NCBI RefSeq assembly: GCF_001191005.1
Contig: NZ_CP012201.1
Span: forward strand, 3,013,297 to 3,037,296
From: Massilia sp. NR 4-1
GTDB lineage: Bacteria; Pseudomonadota; Gammaproteobacteria; Burkholderiales; Burkholderiaceae_D
DNA: 24,000 nt
Reading direction: 5' to 3'
Shown: positions 23,190 through 24,000 of the stretch, piece after piece
How positions within the stretch are numbered: the stretch's first letter is position 1
How the letters are laid out: each line of letters starts with the position of its first letter
Made by a program: the position numbers and the translations under genes
The notes under the pieces: model-generated
Seen by the model: only the letters and a program-made list of their open reading frames with translations
Databases searched by the model: none
What the model was told of the DNA's origin: nothing

Positions 23190-23804
23190 TCAGGCGGCCA
23201 GCAGCTGCTCGATGGTCTGGCGGCCTTTGGCCACGGTGTCGGCCACCGCCTGCTCGCCGCCGGCCACGCCTTCGGCCTGGATAAAGCGGATATCGCTCAT
23301 GCCGAGGAAGCCCAGCGCCGCGCGCAGATAGGTACTGAGGAAGTCGAAGCCGCTGCCAGGCCCCTCGCTGTACACGCCGCCGCTGGCGGTGAACACATAC
23401 ACCTTCTTGCCCTGCACCAGGCCCACCGGACCGTTCTCGGTGTATTTGAAAGTGAGGCCGGCGCGCGCGATATGGTCGATCCAGGCTTTCAGCGTGGAGG
23501 AAATCGAGAAGTTGTACATCGGCGCGCCGATCACGATCACATCGGCGGCGAACAGCTCGGCCACCAGCGCATCGGAGGTTTTGACCACGGCCGCCTGCTC
23601 CGCGTTGCGCTGCTCCGGCGCGGTGAAGAAGGCGCCCATCATTTCCTCGCTCAGATGGGGCACGGGCTGCGCCGCCAGGTCGCGCTCGACGATGCTGTCG
23701 CCCGGATTGGCGGCGCGCCATTTGGCGATGAACTCGGCCGACAACTGGCGCGACAGGGAACCGGAACTACGCACGCTGCTATTGATATACAGTACATTTG
23801 CCAC
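23190..23804 (-). CDS. azoR: FMN-dependent NADH-azoreductase
   Basis: MANVLYINSSVRSSGSLSRQL...DVIVIGAPMYNFSISSTLKAWIDHIARAG is the AzoR/AcpD family signature. Confidence 0.85.
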   Translation of the reverse strand: MANVLYINSSVRSSGSLSRQLSAEFIAKWRAANPGDSIVERDLAAQPVPHLSEEMMGAFFTAPEQRNAEQAAVVKTSDALVAELFAADVIVIGAPMYNFSISSTLKAWIDHIARAGLTFKYTENGPVGLVQGKKVYVFTASGGVYSEGPGSGFDFLSTYLRAALGFLGMSDIRFIQAEGVAGGEQAVADTVAKGRQTIEQLLAA

Positions 23805-23904
23805 GATGAACTCCTGACGGGGTGGGGATTGCGTTCATCTTAGTTCGCGTTTAGTATCGAGAAAACCAGTTTTATCTGAATCAAATTAATCGATTTTCTT
23901 GATA

Positions 23905-24000
23905 TATGCGCGATCCCGGCCTGCCTTCCCTCGAACAATTACGCGTGTTTACCGCCGTGATCGACCATGGCGGCTTCGCCCATGCGGCGCGCGCCCTGCA
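23905..24000 (+). CDS. LysR-family transcriptional regulator, N-terminal HTH only; 3' end beyond the window
   Basis: MRDPGLPSLEQLRVFTAVIDHGGFAHAARAL is the typical LysR N-terminal HTH. It is divergent from azoR. Confidence 0.7.

Noticed and set aside
1-24000. A search for CRISPR arrays, tRNA or rRNA genes, and long tandem repeats.
   Set aside because: No regularly spaced direct repeats of 25-40 nt, no cloverleaf-type sequences other than the tmRNA tRNA-like domain, and no rRNA-like segments were seen.

Overview
The window is a GC-rich chromosomal segment, probably from a beta-proteobacterium. The tmRNA tag is ANDNSYALAA, and there are PEP-CTERM proteins and TonB-dependent receptors. A visibly AT-rich island of about 6.9 kb sits directly after the CCA end of ssrA (about 2161-9070). 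Hand counts of a few 60-nt lines give roughly one third G+C in the island against roughly two thirds in the flanks.

The island has no integrase and no convincing attR. It carries four things:
- A Dcm-type C5 cytosine methyltransferase with no recognisable restriction partner.
- A convergent two-gene operon. It encodes a 790-aa protein with an N-terminal MutL/MORC/Hsp90-clade GHKL ATPase, a coiled coil and a C-terminal histidine-kinase module. Its stop overlaps (ATGA) the start of a 306-aa receiver protein whose C-terminal domain has a HEPN-like RNDLAH (Rx4H) motif.
- A decayed serine-recombinase gene, split by a GC-rich IS5-family element whose own transposase is frameshifted.
- A cluster of GCGCCAC repeats with a nested 37-bp palindrome at the right edge.

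I read the kinase/receiver-HEPN pair, possibly together with the methyltransferase, as a candidate Detocs-like defensive two-component system of a type I do not recognise. This is the main finding.

The rest looks like ordinary core genome:
- gph-like HAD hydrolase
- an unknown 319-aa protein behind a perfect palindrome
- DUF1851 protein
- DUF2946 protein plus a TonB-dependent receptor
- two PEP-CTERM proteins
- tetR/tetA-like pair with tetO-like operators
- HxlR regulator and an MFS transporter
- a siderophore receptor with a Fur-box-like site upstream
- ABM monooxygenase
- pncB and a nicotinamidase-like hydrolase
- azoR and a divergent LysR start

All functional calls come from motif recognition by eye. 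No database search was run.
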